Assembly (NCBI GenBank): GCA_964291215.2
Contig: OZ219790.1
Span: 2,304,001 to 2,368,000, forward strand
Reading direction: 5' to 3'
DNA from: Alphaproteobacteria bacterium
GTDB taxonomy: Bacteria > Pseudomonadota > Alphaproteobacteria > MPNO01 > UBA830
DNA length: 64,000 nucleotides
Shown here: piece by piece, positions 11,062 through 22,113 of the stretch
Layout of the letters: each line of letters starts with the position of its first letter
Position numbering within the stretch: position 1 is the stretch's first letter
Program-made: the position numbers and the translations under genes
The notes under the pieces: model-generated
Database searches by the model: none
The model's input: only the letters and a program-made list of their open reading frames with translations
Told to the model about the DNA's origin: nothing

Positions 11062-11427
11062 CCGCATCCCCTCTCATGCACGGCCTGCCCGGCACTGCAT
11101 GACAACTTTCCGGAAACAGCGGAAAGCGCGGCTCACGGCGCTGATTTCCGTCGGCGCCAAGGCGCCCTCCTTTGGTCTATCGAACCGAAACGGAAGGCCG
11201 GCCGCACACGTCGGCTTCCCGGGCCGCCGCGTCCCGCCACGGTGGCATCCGGCGGCCGCGACATCCGTGCGCCAGTCCGCGGCCTCGACGACCGCCATTG
11301 CCGGAATCGGCTGCGACAGTTTCGACCGCAGATCCCGCGACGGGCACACGCTTCCCCGTGACTTTTCGCGCGGCGCCGGCACCGCATTTCCCCCTCCGGC
11401 AGCCATACCGGGTCCTTCCCGGCGGAG

Positions 11428-12033
11428 TTAAAGCATGATGCTGGGATTGCGCAGATTGCGGTCGCAGTCGATGAGATTGACCTGCTTGACGAGTATTTTC
11501 CAGCTGCACGCCGCGTCCGCGCGCCAGCGGAGCCGGTGCGCGTACCAGCCGGCCCAGTTGCGGTAGTCGCCGGCCTGAAATTCCGCGGTCAGGAAATTCG
11601 ACCGCACCATGACGATATCGGGATCTGCGGTGGCGAAGACGGTGACGTTGGAAACGATGCGGCTGGTCCGCGAACGGGGCTGCTGCGACCAGGCATATCC
11701 GCTCGCGAGCCGGAAAATCCGGTCCTCGAGACGGCGCCGGTCATCGAAGGCGACGCTGACCTCTCGGCGCGGGTCGCCGCCGGACGGGGACGCGGGCACC
11801 CAGTAGAGGCATTCATCGGCATAGAGGCCGAGCCAGTCGTCGTGGCGACACTGGTCGAGAAGGCGGGCTTCGCGCTCGAGCAGGCGCCGGCAGGACTCGC
11901 GCACCTCCGGATCGGCGATCTCCAGTTCGTCGGCCTGCCAGTCCGCGAACCGGGTGACAAGGTCGCGATAGAAGGCAGTCCCCACATAGTGCGAGGTCCG
12001 CGACGGATCGTCTCGGGTCCCGGCCCCGGTCAT
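11428..12033 (-). CDS. Aromatic ring-hydroxylating oxygenase beta subunit (AtdA4/TdnA2-like)
   Basis: REARLLD..WLGLY..YWVP, DDRRRLEDRI, QQPRSRTSRIVSNV. Confidence 0.9.
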   Translation of the reverse strand: MTGAGTRDDPSRTSHYVGTAFYRDLVTRFADWQADELEIADPEVRESCRRLLEREARLLDQCRHDDWLGLYADECLYWVPASPSGGDPRREVSVAFDDRRRLEDRIFRLASGYAWSQQPRSRTSRIVSNVTVFATADPDIVMVRSNFLTAEFQAGDYRNWAGWYAHRLRWRADAACSWKILVKQVNLIDCDRNLRNPSIML

Positions 12034-12076
12034 GCCGCCGCGCTTCCCGGCCGTCGCACCGCGTTCACGGCAGCGG

Positions 12077-13444
12077 TCATGAAACCTCGCGGGTGATCTC
12101 GATGCGCGGCTCGGCGGCCATGAGCTGCCTGTAGAACTTGAAATACTCGCGCAGGAACACCTCGTCGGTCGCTGGCCCGCGGATGGCGCCGTCCTCCTCT
12201 ACCCGGTAGCGGTCGGGCAGTCCGAGGCCGCGATGGGTGTAGACCCATTCGTCCTCCTCGGCCGCGAGGCCGACCTGGATCTGCTCGAAATTCATCAAGT
12301 CGTCAACTTCCCCGAAGTTGGGAAATCCCTCCTGGGTGCGCATGCGGATGGCATTGATGTCCTCCAGCGCACCGTCGAGCGTCCCGGCGTCGTCGACCAC
12401 CGCCGTGCCCCACCACGTCGTGTCGGTCCGGTCCACCGCGAGCGGCTGAACCACCTGCACGTGATTGCCGAGAATGTGAAGATTGGGAAACACGTTGATG
12501 TTCACCGGTTCCGACGAAGCGAGGTCGAGGAACTCGTCTGCGCGCGCCGGGTGCTCGCGCCTGAGCTTGTCGGCAAAGAACTCCATCCCGGGATGGCTGG
12601 CCTCGATCTCCCAAAGGGCGCCGGGCCGACCGCGTTCGACATTGCCGCGCTTATCCTTGAAATGATGGCCGTTGGCATAGGCATAGACATACATCGGGCG
12701 GGTGTCAGGCGAATCGCGGTAGAACGCCAGACCTTTGGCGTCATCCGTCGCCATGCGGTTCTCCATCGCCAGCAGCGAGCGGTGGGAGAACAGCACATGG
12801 TACCCGTCGGCAGAGTTGTCGTAGACCAGCTTCCAGTTGCCGTGAAGCCGGAGCCGGTTGGCGTTGCATAGGCTGATCGTGCCGCCGGGCTGGCGGTCAA
12901 GCCACTCCTCGATCGGCCGCGCGACCGGGCCCAGATAATCGGACAACGGCGGCGCATCCGCGTTGAGCGTCCCGAACACGAAGCCGCGGAAGGACTCGAC
13001 CCTCGGCACTTGGGCCAGGTTGAACCGCGAATCGCTGAAATCGCCGGCATAGCCTTCGGGCCAGGGCACGCCGCCGATGCGGCCCGAATTGAGGAAGGTC
13101 CAGCCGTGATAGGGGCACTGAAACGCCTTCGCCGAGCCGCTTTCCTGGCGGCAGACGGTAGAGCCGCGATGGGTGCAGCGGTTGTACAGCGCACGGATCT
13201 GCCCGTCCGAATCGCGGATCAGGATGAGCGGGCGAAGCCCCATCCGGGTCTGCACGAAGTCGTCGTTTGCGGGGATCTGGCTCTCGTGTCCGAGATAGAC
13301 CCAGACTGCGGCGAAGACCCTGGTCATTTCCATACGGAAGATCGCGGGGTCGGTATAAATGCTGCGATGGACCCGGTCTTCCCTGATCAGCTGGTCGAAA
13401 TCGTGGCCACCACGGGCAGGAACCTGCAGGTCGGTGCCGTCCAT
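12077..13444 (-). CDS. Rieske ring-hydroxylating oxygenase alpha subunit (AtdA3/TdnA1-like)
   Basis: Rieske ligands NRCTHRG...CPYHGW; mononuclear-iron motif NWKLVYDNSADGYHVLFSH and a C-terminal DD. Confidence 0.92.
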   Translation of the reverse strand: MDGTDLQVPARGGHDFDQLIREDRVHRSIYTDPAIFRMEMTRVFAAVWVYLGHESQIPANDDFVQTRMGLRPLILIRDSDGQIRALYNRCTHRGSTVCRQESGSAKAFQCPYHGWTFLNSGRIGGVPWPEGYAGDFSDSRFNLAQVPRVESFRGFVFGTLNADAPPLSDYLGPVARPIEEWLDRQPGGTISLCNANRLRLHGNWKLVYDNSADGYHVLFSHRSLLAMENRMATDDAKGLAFYRDSPDTRPMYVYAYANGHHFKDKRGNVERGRPGALWEIEASHPGMEFFADKLRREHPARADEFLDLASSEPVNINVFPNLHILGNHVQVVQPLAVDRTDTTWWGTAVVDDAGTLDGALEDINAIRMRTQEGFPNFGEVDDLMNFEQIQVGLAAEEDEWVYTHRGLGLPDRYRVEEDGAIRGPATDEVFLREYFKFYRQLMAAEPRIEITREVS

Positions 13445-13479
13445 GGCCGAGTTCCTCCGTCTATCGCCGCACGAGCCGG

Positions 13480-14949
13480 TCAGAAAAAGTCATAATACTC
13501 GTTCCGTTCCCATTCGGTCACCTCGCCATCGCCCTCCCGCTCCGCGCATGCAGCATGGAACCTGTCGAGTTCCGCCCGCTTGAGCCGCAGATAGTAGTCG
13601 ACGAACCTGTTACCCATCGCGGCACGAAACAGGCCGCCGGCCTCGAGGGCGGCGAGCGCCGCGTCAAGGTTGACCGGCAGAACCGGTCGCCCGGACTCGT
13701 AGGGTGCGTCGTCGGGCGGCGGCGGCTCCAAGCCGCGCTCCAGCCCGTCCAGCCCGGCGATGATCTGGCCCGCGATGAACAGATAGGGGTTGGCGGACGG
13801 TTCGCCGGCCCGGTTCTCGATTCGCGCACCAGCGCCGTCGATCACCCGCATCAGGGCGCCGCGGTGGTCGGCGCCCCAGGTCACCCGGTCGGGCGCCAGC
13901 GAATTGGGGCGGAAGCGGCGGAAGCCGTTGACGGTCGGGCATGCAAAGACGGTTCCGGAGACTGCGTGTTCCAGAAGCCCGGCGAGCCAGGCCTGTCCGA
14001 TTACCGAGAGCCCGCGACCGTCGCCCGACGCGAACCTGTTGTCGGCGTCCTCGGCCCCCGACAGGGACTGGTGGAGATGCCAGCCGCTCGGAAAGTGGTT
14101 GGCAAGCGCCGGCCACGCCATGAAGGTCGCGAAATGGCCGTGCCGGCGGCAGACCTGGCGGGTCGCGGTGCGGAACAGGACGTAATCATCCGCGGCGCCG
14201 AGCGCATCGCGGGCGGTGAACGTAGCCTCGACCTGGCCCGGACCGTACTCGTTCTCGAGCGAGCGCAGCCCGAGCCCGAGTTCGCCATAGCGGCGCGCAA
14301 GTTCACTGAGCATCGGCTGCATCAGATCGAGATTGGTCTCTGAATGATAGGAATAGCCGGGTTCGAGCGGCGCCGTCCGCACCGGAACGCCGCGGCGCCC
14401 CGGCACGCCAGTGTTTTCCTTATCCAGATGCTCCTGAATGACGCGGGCGAGATACCATTCGACCTCGATACCGATCCTCAGACCAAAACCGGCGCTGCGG
14501 AGCCGCTCGACCTGGTGCCGCAGCAGATGCCGCGACGAGAAGTGGAAGGGTGTGCCGTCTCGGAAATACTCGTCGCACAGGACCCAGCCCACGCCGGGTG
14601 CCCAGGGGAGGACACGGAACGTCTCGGGATCGGGGACGATGACGAGGTTCGGCGAGCCCGTCATTTCCTCAAGCTCCATGCCACCGCCCCTCGTGAAGGA
14701 CGAGAACACGCGGCCGCCGGAGGCGTCCAGGGTCGAGGTCGCGACATTGATGTTGTAGCCGTCGGAGAGAGCTGCGCCGAAGGTGTCCGGCGACACGGCC
14801 TTGGCACGCGCGGCACCGTGCGGATCGGCCCAGGCGAGGCGCACCAGTTGGAGGCCGCGCGTCTGCACCTCCGCGGGCAGGTCGCTGGCGCGGCGGCGCT
14901 GCTCGTCGGTCCAGAGCCCGTGGCGTTCGATGAAACCCCGTCCAGTCAT
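13480..14949 (-). CDS. Glutamine-synthetase-like gamma-glutamyl ligase (AtdA1/TdnQ-like)
   Basis: IGIEVEWYL, ENEYGPGQVE, SGWHLHQSL, RIENRAGEPSANPYL; lies directly upstream of the oxygenase pair. Confidence 0.85.
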   Translation of the reverse strand: MTGRGFIERHGLWTDEQRRRASDLPAEVQTRGLQLVRLAWADPHGAARAKAVSPDTFGAALSDGYNINVATSTLDASGGRVFSSFTRGGGMELEEMTGSPNLVIVPDPETFRVLPWAPGVGWVLCDEYFRDGTPFHFSSRHLLRHQVERLRSAGFGLRIGIEVEWYLARVIQEHLDKENTGVPGRRGVPVRTAPLEPGYSYHSETNLDLMQPMLSELARRYGELGLGLRSLENEYGPGQVEATFTARDALGAADDYVLFRTATRQVCRRHGHFATFMAWPALANHFPSGWHLHQSLSGAEDADNRFASGDGRGLSVIGQAWLAGLLEHAVSGTVFACPTVNGFRRFRPNSLAPDRVTWGADHRGALMRVIDGAGARIENRAGEPSANPYLFIAGQIIAGLDGLERGLEPPPPDDAPYESGRPVLPVNLDAALAALEAGGLFRAAMGNRFVDYYLRLKRAELDRFHAACAEREGDGEVTEWERNEYYDFF

Positions 14950-15372
14950 CCCCCATCCTTGTCACAGCAGCCGGAAATGTCGAGACCGTTCGGACGCAGG
15001 CCGGACCGGCTCTCCCCGGCACCTTCCGGGGCCGGCCGGAACAGGCAGGCCGACGCGCAACCCGCTGCTCTTCGTAGTCCGGTCGATGTTCTCGCGCGGC
15101 TGTCGAAGCCGGCCTTGCGCGATTTCCCGATCCACGCGATTGGAAACTCGGACTGACACAACCTCCCGACGGCAAAGCGCTGGCAAGCAGCTCCAGCGGG
15201 ATGCTTCTTCAACAGGCAGGTCGCTCCTCAGGATTCAATGACAGGCACAGGCAGGCAGTAGCATGTGCCGCGATCGCAATGCGTGTCTCCGGAGCCAAGC
15301 TGCCTGCCGCTTCGGGTGGCGCGGTGAGCTCCCATAGCGGTTTCCCCTGCGAATGAGAAAACCGTATCCAAT

Positions 15373-15474
15373 AGTGGAAACCACATAAATATAGACATAT
15401 TATGATTATTCCTCTTGCAATCCCCTTCGGTTTCCCTATGCTCCGTGAAACTTGCTTCTCCAGTGGAAACCACT
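15373..15474. promoter_or_regulatory. Repeated quasi-palindromic operator-like motif AGTGGAAACCAC(A/T)
   Basis: Copies at 15373-15385 and 15462-15474 in an AT-rich stretch upstream of the nucleotidyltransferase gene. Confidence 0.4.
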
Positions 15475-15500
15475 TGTATTGCAATATGTTAGCATGAATC

Positions 15501-16496
15501 ATGCTCGCAGAACTCAACAATTCCCAAAGACGCCAGTTCGTCGATGTGGTGCAGATTTTCGAGGCGTGGGAGGACTCCAGAGCTGAACTCGGTCGACGCT
15601 TCGTTGGCTCCATGCGGTGGGTGGAACGGAAAGGGCATGTCTACCTGTTGCGAAAGCAAGCCAGCAGCGAAGTTTCGCTGGGCCGAAAGACCGAGAAGAC
15701 GGAGGAGATCTACCGTGCGTTCCGCGACAGCCGAGATGCAGAGCGGAACCGATACAAGAATCTTGAAGCACATCTCAAAGAGATGGCACCGGTGAACCGG
15801 GCGCTGCGTCTGAACCGCGTTCCGCTGATCACAGCCCGAATTCTCCGCCACCTGGCGAGCGCGCAGGTCCTTGGACGGAACATCTCGATCGTTGGTACCA
15901 ACAGTCTCTACCTTTACGAAGCTCTGGCAGGCGTCCAGCTAAGGAGCGATCTGCTCGCGACCAATGATGTGGACCTCCTCTGGGACGCCCGCCAAAGCCT
16001 GAGTTTAGGCGTCAGCGACTTCCGCCACGAGGGCGTCATCGGTTATCTCAAGCGTGCTGACCGATCATTCCGACGCAGCAGCGGTCAGCATTTCCGCGCC
16101 GTCAATCGGAACGGCTTCATGGTTGATCTGATCCATCCAATCGGCGACCTGCGAGCGGCCACGGACGATCCTGTCAACGAAGAAGACCTGATCGGTGCAG
16201 GCATCGAGGGTCTTGAGTGGCTGGTCAACGCGCCGAAGATGGACGGAATCGTCATTGGCGAGGACGGCATTCCCCTTCGATGCTGGTCCGTGGATCCCCG
16301 TGCCTTTGCCCTGCATAAGGCTTGGGTTGCGGAGCGAGCCGACCGGGACCCGGTAAGACGCGTTCGCAACCGCGCACAGTCGCGGGAAGTGGCACGGATA
16401 GCCAAACGTCTGGGTATGGAGATGTCGGATCCGGCGCTTTCCGCACTGCCATCATTCATGCGCGGTTTCGCCGACGGCCTGGACTACGATTGCTAG
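15501..16496 (+). CDS. GSU2403-family nucleotidyltransferase-fold protein
   Basis: IVGTNSLYLYE...ATNDVDLLWD (Pol-beta-like DxD), FRAVNRNGFMVDLI, DPRAFALHKAWVAER; lower GC than its neighbours. Confidence 0.7.
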   Translation: MLAELNNSQRRQFVDVVQIFEAWEDSRAELGRRFVGSMRWVERKGHVYLLRKQASSEVSLGRKTEKTEEIYRAFRDSRDAERNRYKNLEAHLKEMAPVNRALRLNRVPLITARILRHLASAQVLGRNISIVGTNSLYLYEALAGVQLRSDLLATNDVDLLWDARQSLSLGVSDFRHEGVIGYLKRADRSFRRSSGQHFRAVNRNGFMVDLIHPIGDLRAATDDPVNEEDLIGAGIEGLEWLVNAPKMDGIVIGEDGIPLRCWSVDPRAFALHKAWVAERADRDPVRRVRNRAQSREVARIAKRLGMEMSDPALSALPSFMRGFADGLDYDC

Positions 16497-16695
16497 GAGG
16501 GAATCCAGTCGCCGTCCCCGGGAGCACGGCCTGCGCTGCCGGCAATCCTGATCGGACTGTCCGGAAGCGGCTCCCGCCCGCCGCTATCCGCTCTTTTCGC
16601 GTGCCTGGCCCTCGCCTGCGCCAGCGCAACAGTCGTACCATGTCCAAGACGCAGCATAATTCCAATTCCGCCGCGAGTGCCGCCGCGCACCAGTT

Positions 16696-18194
16696 GGGTG
16701 AGAGTTTCGTATGGCACAGTTGCAGGCTCATTTCCATTTGTTCATCTCACAGTGCAGGGGGGTGATTTGGGCTGATGTTGTCGTTGGCTGGTGCGTCGTC
16801 TGCACCGATCATGGCCGTCCACGCGCTCTCGAAGCGGTCGAGCAGGGCGCGGAAGGTGATTGTCCGCCGACGATGCGCCAGCGCATGCCGGAGCGTTTCA
16901 TGCACTGTGTGACGAGGGTCTTGTTTGCCGCCTCGACAAGCCGATCGCGATCCCCTGTTGCTTCAGCGCGTGGTAGCGCATGCGGTGGCGATGCTTGCGG
17001 AAGAAGGCCCGTTCCCTGTCGATGTCGGCCCGCTGGCGCGGCGGTGTCGCGAAGGTGGCGCAGCGCCCGGGATCACCCTGTCGATGCCGCGGGGGTCGTG
17101 ACGCAGGATCTCGCGGTATTTCTCGAACCAGTGGGGCGCCGCCGCATGGTCGGCCGCCACGCGCAGATGCTCGCAGGCATACCTCGGTTTCGGGCTCAAG
17201 ACCCCTGAGGAAGGTCCAGTTGTCGGCAGCGGCGTCGGCGCTGATCCCGATATCGGGACGTCTCCGCCTGCTCGACCTCGTTTGCGAGCTGCGCCTTCAG
17301 CGTGTGCTTTCGGCCCTCGGGCATGCGGCCGAGATAGACGGTCTTCAGGCGCTCACCGTCGGCGTCGTGGAAGGAGGCCGTGCCACAGGCCGCCTCGCGC
17401 CAGCAGGCTTCGGAACGGCCGCCCTCGCCGGCCCGTAGCGCCACCATGACGCCGTCCAGCGAGGCGGTGACCGCGTCTTGCGGGATGTCCTCGGCTTCCC
17501 GGATACCGTCCAGGGTCTGCGGGCCGAGACTTTCCCTGCGCTCCTGCATGGTCAGGCGCTGCAAGGTGCTGGCGTCATGGCGCCGAGATTGCTGAAGAAC
17601 GCCTCCGCTTCCCGCGCCGTGCAGTGGCCCATCATCATCAGCCCAAGCCGTCGGCCGTGTCAGGTAGTCGTCGACGAGGCTTTCGTCCACCGGCATCAGC
17701 GACCGGCGGCGCGCGCCGGGGCGCTAGCGCGCACGCCGAAAGGTCACCGCGCGAGGTCATGATCGTCTTCGGCGCCGCACGGAACCAGCCGTCTCGCTCG
17801 ATCCGGGGCGCACCGTCGTCCCGGGCCTCGGCGCAGGCACCCAGGATCTCGCAGCGCATGCATGCTCTCACGCACCCGCCGCTCCGTTTCCTCAAAGGCC
17901 TCGGCAGAGCGCTGCGAACCGAGTTGCTGATGACAAACTGCGGTTATCTGCGTGACCGCCTCGACAACCCGAGGCGGCAAGCCGGAAAAATCGATGGACG
18001 CCGAAGGCTGAGGCTGCGAACTGACATGGGAGCGCTCCTGATTTTGTGGATTGTCACCAATATCATACCGCATCTTGGGGTGCGGAGCGTTCCCACCTCC
18101 ACTGCTCGGCCCTGCCGTAGTGACAAAACCCTGTCCTGAAACCGGCGATTGTCACGAAAACCCGTTTTCGCAGCTGCCACGCGATCGCATAACC
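16696..18194 (-). mobile_element. ISKra4/ISLre2-like IS, copy 2, degenerate, intron-free
   Basis: Colinear with 364-1423 plus 4770-5173; many frameshifts. Confidence 0.82.
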
Positions 18195-18633
18195 GTGCTA
18201 AATCGTGCCGGCGCAAAAATGTACAACCGCGCGATTCTATCAGCGAAATCGTGATATAGAGGGGGCGAAAAATCTCGCTTTGGGACGGAAATTGACCGAT
18301 CAGACCGGGAATCCGGCGGATTTTCGGAAAACTTCGCGAGAATTGTCACGCGAAACGTTAACCGCCCGCAGTTGGAATTGGGCCAAGTTACGCTGGATTC
18401 TCGGTTGAAAGGGCCCTGTGCCGCTGCGAATCGGCAGGAATCTCCTTGGAAACGGAGCACCCGGAGGTCCCGGAAGTAGATCAAACCCGAAATTTCGCCG
18501 TAAGGTCAGCCAAACGGTTATTTCCGCGCGGGCACGAATTAGCCTGGAATCACCGTGGCCGGTTGTGTTTCCTTTGCCGGGCGAACGTAATAAGATACGG
18601 CAATTGATCCCGTGCCCGAGGAGGACATCAGCC

Positions 18634-19419
18634 ATGAACGCTACAGCCGTCCGCAATATTTCCGGCCTCTCGCTGCGTGACCGGGTCAGCGAAGAGGAAT
18701 GGAAGGTCCGGGTCGATCTTGCCGCCGCCTACCGCCTCGCACATCTTTATGGCTGGACCACGACCCTGATCTACAACCACATCTCGGCCCGCATACCGGG
18801 ACCCGATCATCATTTCCTTCTTAACCCGTTCGGGCTTCGCTGGGACGAAGTCACGGCGTCGAATCTCGTCAAGATCGATCTTGAGGGCAACATCCTCGAC
18901 AACACCCCCTACAAGATCAACAATGCGGGATACACCATCCACAGCGCGATCCACGGGGCCCGCGAGGATGCGGTTTGCGTCATTCATACCCATACCGAAG
19001 CCGGCATGGCGGTTTCCGCGCTCAACGACGGCCTGATCTTCACCAATCAGGATTCGATGATGTTCTACGGCCATGTCGCCTATCACGAATTCGAGGGCAT
19101 CGCGCTCGATCTCTCGGAACGCGAACGCTTGGTCGGCGATCTCGGCGGCAAGAAGGTGATGATTCTGAAGAATCACGGCCTGCTGACAACCGGAATGTCC
19201 GTGGCCGACGCCTGGGTGCAGATGTACTTCCTCGAGAAGGTATGCTCTGCCCAGCTGTCGCTGATGGCCTCGGCAGCGGCCGGCGGCGGGATTCACCATC
19301 CCTCCAGGGAGGTCTGCGAGCATACTGCGCGGCAGTACGACGATTCCGGATGCGGCGAGCGCGAATGGCCGGCGCTGCTCCGGCAGCTCGACGACGTGAC
19401 CACCGACTACAAGTACTGA
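18634..19419 (+). CDS. Class II aldolase/adducin-family protein
   Basis: RVDLAAAYRL, YNHISARIP, IHSAIH, IHTHT, LKNHGLLT; GAGGAGG RBS. Confidence 0.9.
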   Translation: MNATAVRNISGLSLRDRVSEEEWKVRVDLAAAYRLAHLYGWTTTLIYNHISARIPGPDHHFLLNPFGLRWDEVTASNLVKIDLEGNILDNTPYKINNAGYTIHSAIHGAREDAVCVIHTHTEAGMAVSALNDGLIFTNQDSMMFYGHVAYHEFEGIALDLSERERLVGDLGGKKVMILKNHGLLTTGMSVADAWVQMYFLEKVCSAQLSLMASAAAGGGIHHPSREVCEHTARQYDDSGCGEREWPALLRQLDDVTTDYKY

Positions 19420-19423
19420 GCCG

Positions 19424-20152
19424 ATGTCGGCAACGGTCGACGAGATTGCGCCGGATCTGTTTCGCATCACCTGCTTCAACACGCAGGCGAACTTCCAGTT
19501 TTCCTCGTTCTTGGTGCGAGACGACGAGCCCCTGCTCTATCACACCAATCTCCGCGCCTACTTCAACGACATGCACGGCGCCGTGCAGAGCGTACTCGAT
19601 CCGGCGACCATCCGCTGGATCGGGTTCAGCCATTTCGAATCCGACGAGTGCGGCTCGCTCAACGAGTGGCTTGCGGCCGCACCCGCCGCGGAACCGCTCT
19701 GCAGCTTCGTCGGCGCCCGCACCAGCGTCGGCGACTTCGCGGACCGGCCGCCGCGCGTACTTGACGAAGACGAACGCCTCACTACCGGCGCACGCCGCTA
19801 CCGGGTCATCGAGACCCGGCATGTGCCCCATGGCTGGGATGCCAGCCTCCTGTTCGAGGAGACAGGCTCGACGCTCTTCTGTTCCGATCTCCTTGGCCAC
19901 AGCGGCGATGTCGAGGCGCTCTGCGACGGCGACATCGTGGGGCGGTCGCGGGACTACAACACGCGCCAGCAGGACGGGCCGATGGCCGGTTCGGTCCCCT
20001 ACACGCACCACACCCGCGACATCCTCGAAGGGCTCGCCGGGCTCAGCCCGGCGACCCTCGCCTGCATGCACGGATCGAGCTTTTCGGGCGACGGCGCGCG
20101 CGTGTTGCAGGAGTTCGGCGACGTGATCGAACACTGCTTCGGACCGGCCTGA
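19424..20152 (+). CDS. Metallo-beta-lactamase-fold protein (FprA/ODP-like)
   Basis: FSHFESDECGSLN, HVPHGWD, LFCSDL, CMHGS. Confidence 0.75.
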   Translation: MSATVDEIAPDLFRITCFNTQANFQFSSFLVRDDEPLLYHTNLRAYFNDMHGAVQSVLDPATIRWIGFSHFESDECGSLNEWLAAAPAAEPLCSFVGARTSVGDFADRPPRVLDEDERLTTGARRYRVIETRHVPHGWDASLLFEETGSTLFCSDLLGHSGDVEALCDGDIVGRSRDYNTRQQDGPMAGSVPYTHHTRDILEGLAGLSPATLACMHGSSFSGDGARVLQEFGDVIEHCFGPA

Positions 20153-20189
20153 GGAGACGGCGGCGCGGCGGCGCCAACGGGAGAGGATC

Positions 20190-20591
20190 ATGGTCGACAA
20201 GATTTCCAAAGCCGATGACGAGTGGCGGGCCGCACTCTCGGAGGAGGCCTTCCACATCCTGCGCAAACATGGCACCGAACGTCCGTTCACGGGCCTGTAC
20301 AACGACTGCAAGGACGAAGGTACATATGTGTGTGCCGGCTGCGGACACCCGCTGTTCTCGTCGGCACACAAGTTCGACTCCGGCACGGGCTGGCCGAGCT
20401 TCTACCGGCCGATCGACAACGAGGCTGTCGGGACACGCAACGACTGGTCGATGCTGATGCGGCGCACCGAGGTGCATTGCGCGCGGTGCGAGGGACATCT
20501 CGGACATGTCTTTCCCGACGGCCCGATGCCCTCCGGGGAGCGCTATTGCATAAACTCGGTGTCGCTGAGACTGGAACCGGCGACAGACTAG
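20190..20591 (+). CDS. msrB: Peptide-methionine (R)-S-oxide reductase
   Basis: GTERPFTG, KFDSGTGWPSF, GHLGHVFPDGP, RYCINS. Confidence 0.97.
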   Translation: MVDKISKADDEWRAALSEEAFHILRKHGTERPFTGLYNDCKDEGTYVCAGCGHPLFSSAHKFDSGTGWPSFYRPIDNEAVGTRNDWSMLMRRTEVHCARCEGHLGHVFPDGPMPSGERYCINSVSLRLEPATD

Positions 20592-20693
20592 GGCCGCCTC
20601 GGCCGCGCCGACACGGCCATCGAGACTAGAAATCGCGGATCAAAGCGCGTATACGCGGCAGCTGGCGCAGCAACAAGCTAGGGAAACGAACTC

Positions 20694-22085
20694 ATGCCGG
20701 CCCAGTGGTCGCCCGACGGGTGGCGTAGCAAGCCCATCGTCCAGGTTCCGGAATATCCGGAACCTGGCCTTCAGCAAGCGGTGGAGACGGAACTCCGCGA
20801 CTACCCGCCGCTGGTCTTCGCCGGCGAGGCCCGGCGCCTGCGCCGTCAGCTCGCAGCCGCGGCGGAAGGCCGCGCGTTCGTGCTGCAGGGCGGGGACTGC
20901 GCCGAGAGCTTTGCCGAGTTCCATGCCAACAACATTCGCGACACGCTGCGCGTGCTCCTGCAGATGGCGGTGGTACTCTCCTTCGCCTCCGGCAAGCCGG
21001 TCATCAAGATCGGCCGCATGGCCGGCCAGTTCGCGAAGCCGCGCTCGTCGGATGTCGAGAAGCTCGACGGCGTCACGCTGCCGAGTTATCGCGGCGACAT
21101 GATCAACGCCATGGAATTCGATGCCGCGGGCCGGGCACCCGATCCGCGGCGCATGCTGCGGGCCTACAACCAGTCTGCGGCGACCCTCAACCTGCTTCGC
21201 GCCTTTTCTCAGGGCGGCTATGCCGACCTTCACGAGGTGCATCGCTGGAACCTCGAATTCGTCGCCTCCGGAGAGGAGGCCGAGAGATATCGCGAGCTTG
21301 CCGACAGGATCGACGAGGCAATGACCTTCATGGCCTCCTGCGGCGTGACGTCGGAAGCCACCCCACAACTGCGCGAGACCGATTTGTACACCAGCCACGA
21401 GGCGCTGCTGCTGGGATACGAGGAAGCGATGACCCGCATCGATTCGATGACCGACGACTGGTACGACACGTCGGCGCACTTGGTCTGGATCGGCGACCGC
21501 ACGCGCCAGCTCGACGGCGCCCATGTCGAGTTCATGCGCGGCATCTCCAACCCGATCGGAGTCAAGATCGGACCGTCCCAGACCGTTGACGGGCTCCTTG
21601 AGTTGATCGGCATCCTCAATCCCGAGAACGACCCCGGACGCCTCGTGCTCATCAGTCGCATGGGCCACGACCAGGTGGAGGCGAAGCTGCCGCCGCTGCT
21701 GCGCGCCGTCGCCAGCGAGGGCTGGAAGGTCGTCTGGACCTGCGACCCCATGCACGGCAACACGGTCAAGAGCAACAACGGTTACAAGACCCGGCCATTC
21801 GCACGGATCCTGCGCGAGGTGGAAGGCTTCTTCGCGGCCCACGACGCCGAGGGCACCCATGCCGGCGGCATCCATATCGAATTGACCGGGCAGAACGTCA
21901 CCGAGTGCACTGGCGGCGTCCAGGCCATCTCGGACAAGGACCTTTCCGACCGCTATCACACGCATTGCGATCCGCGGCTCAACGCGTCGCAGTCGCTTGA
22001 GCTGGCCTTCCTCGTCAGCGAACACATCAAGAAACAGCGCCACCGCAGGAACAGACGCGCCGCGCCCGGGCGCACCGCCGCCTAG
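20694..22085 (+). CDS. Class II DAHP synthase
   Basis: [48 protein letters not shown]. Confidence 0.95.
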   Translation: MPAQWSPDGWRSKPIVQVPEYPEPGLQQAVETELRDYPPLVFAGEARRLRRQLAAAAEGRAFVLQGGDCAESFAEFHANNIRDTLRVLLQMAVVLSFASGKPVIKIGRMAGQFAKPRSSDVEKLDGVTLPSYRGDMINAMEFDAAGRAPDPRRMLRAYNQSAATLNLLRAFSQGGYADLHEVHRWNLEFVASGEEAERYRELADRIDEAMTFMASCGVTSEATPQLRETDLYTSHEALLLGYEEAMTRIDSMTDDWYDTSAHLVWIGDRTRQLDGAHVEFMRGISNPIGVKIGPSQTVDGLLELIGILNPENDPGRLVLISRMGHDQVEAKLPPLLRAVASEGWKVVWTCDPMHGNTVKSNNGYKTRPFARILREVEGFFAAHDAEGTHAGGIHIELTGQNVTECTGGVQAISDKDLSDRYHTHCDPRLNASQSLELAFLVSEHIKKQRHRRNRRAAPGRTAA

Positions 22086-22113
22086 GCCCCGCTGCTGGCC
22101 GTCGTCGTCGCGG

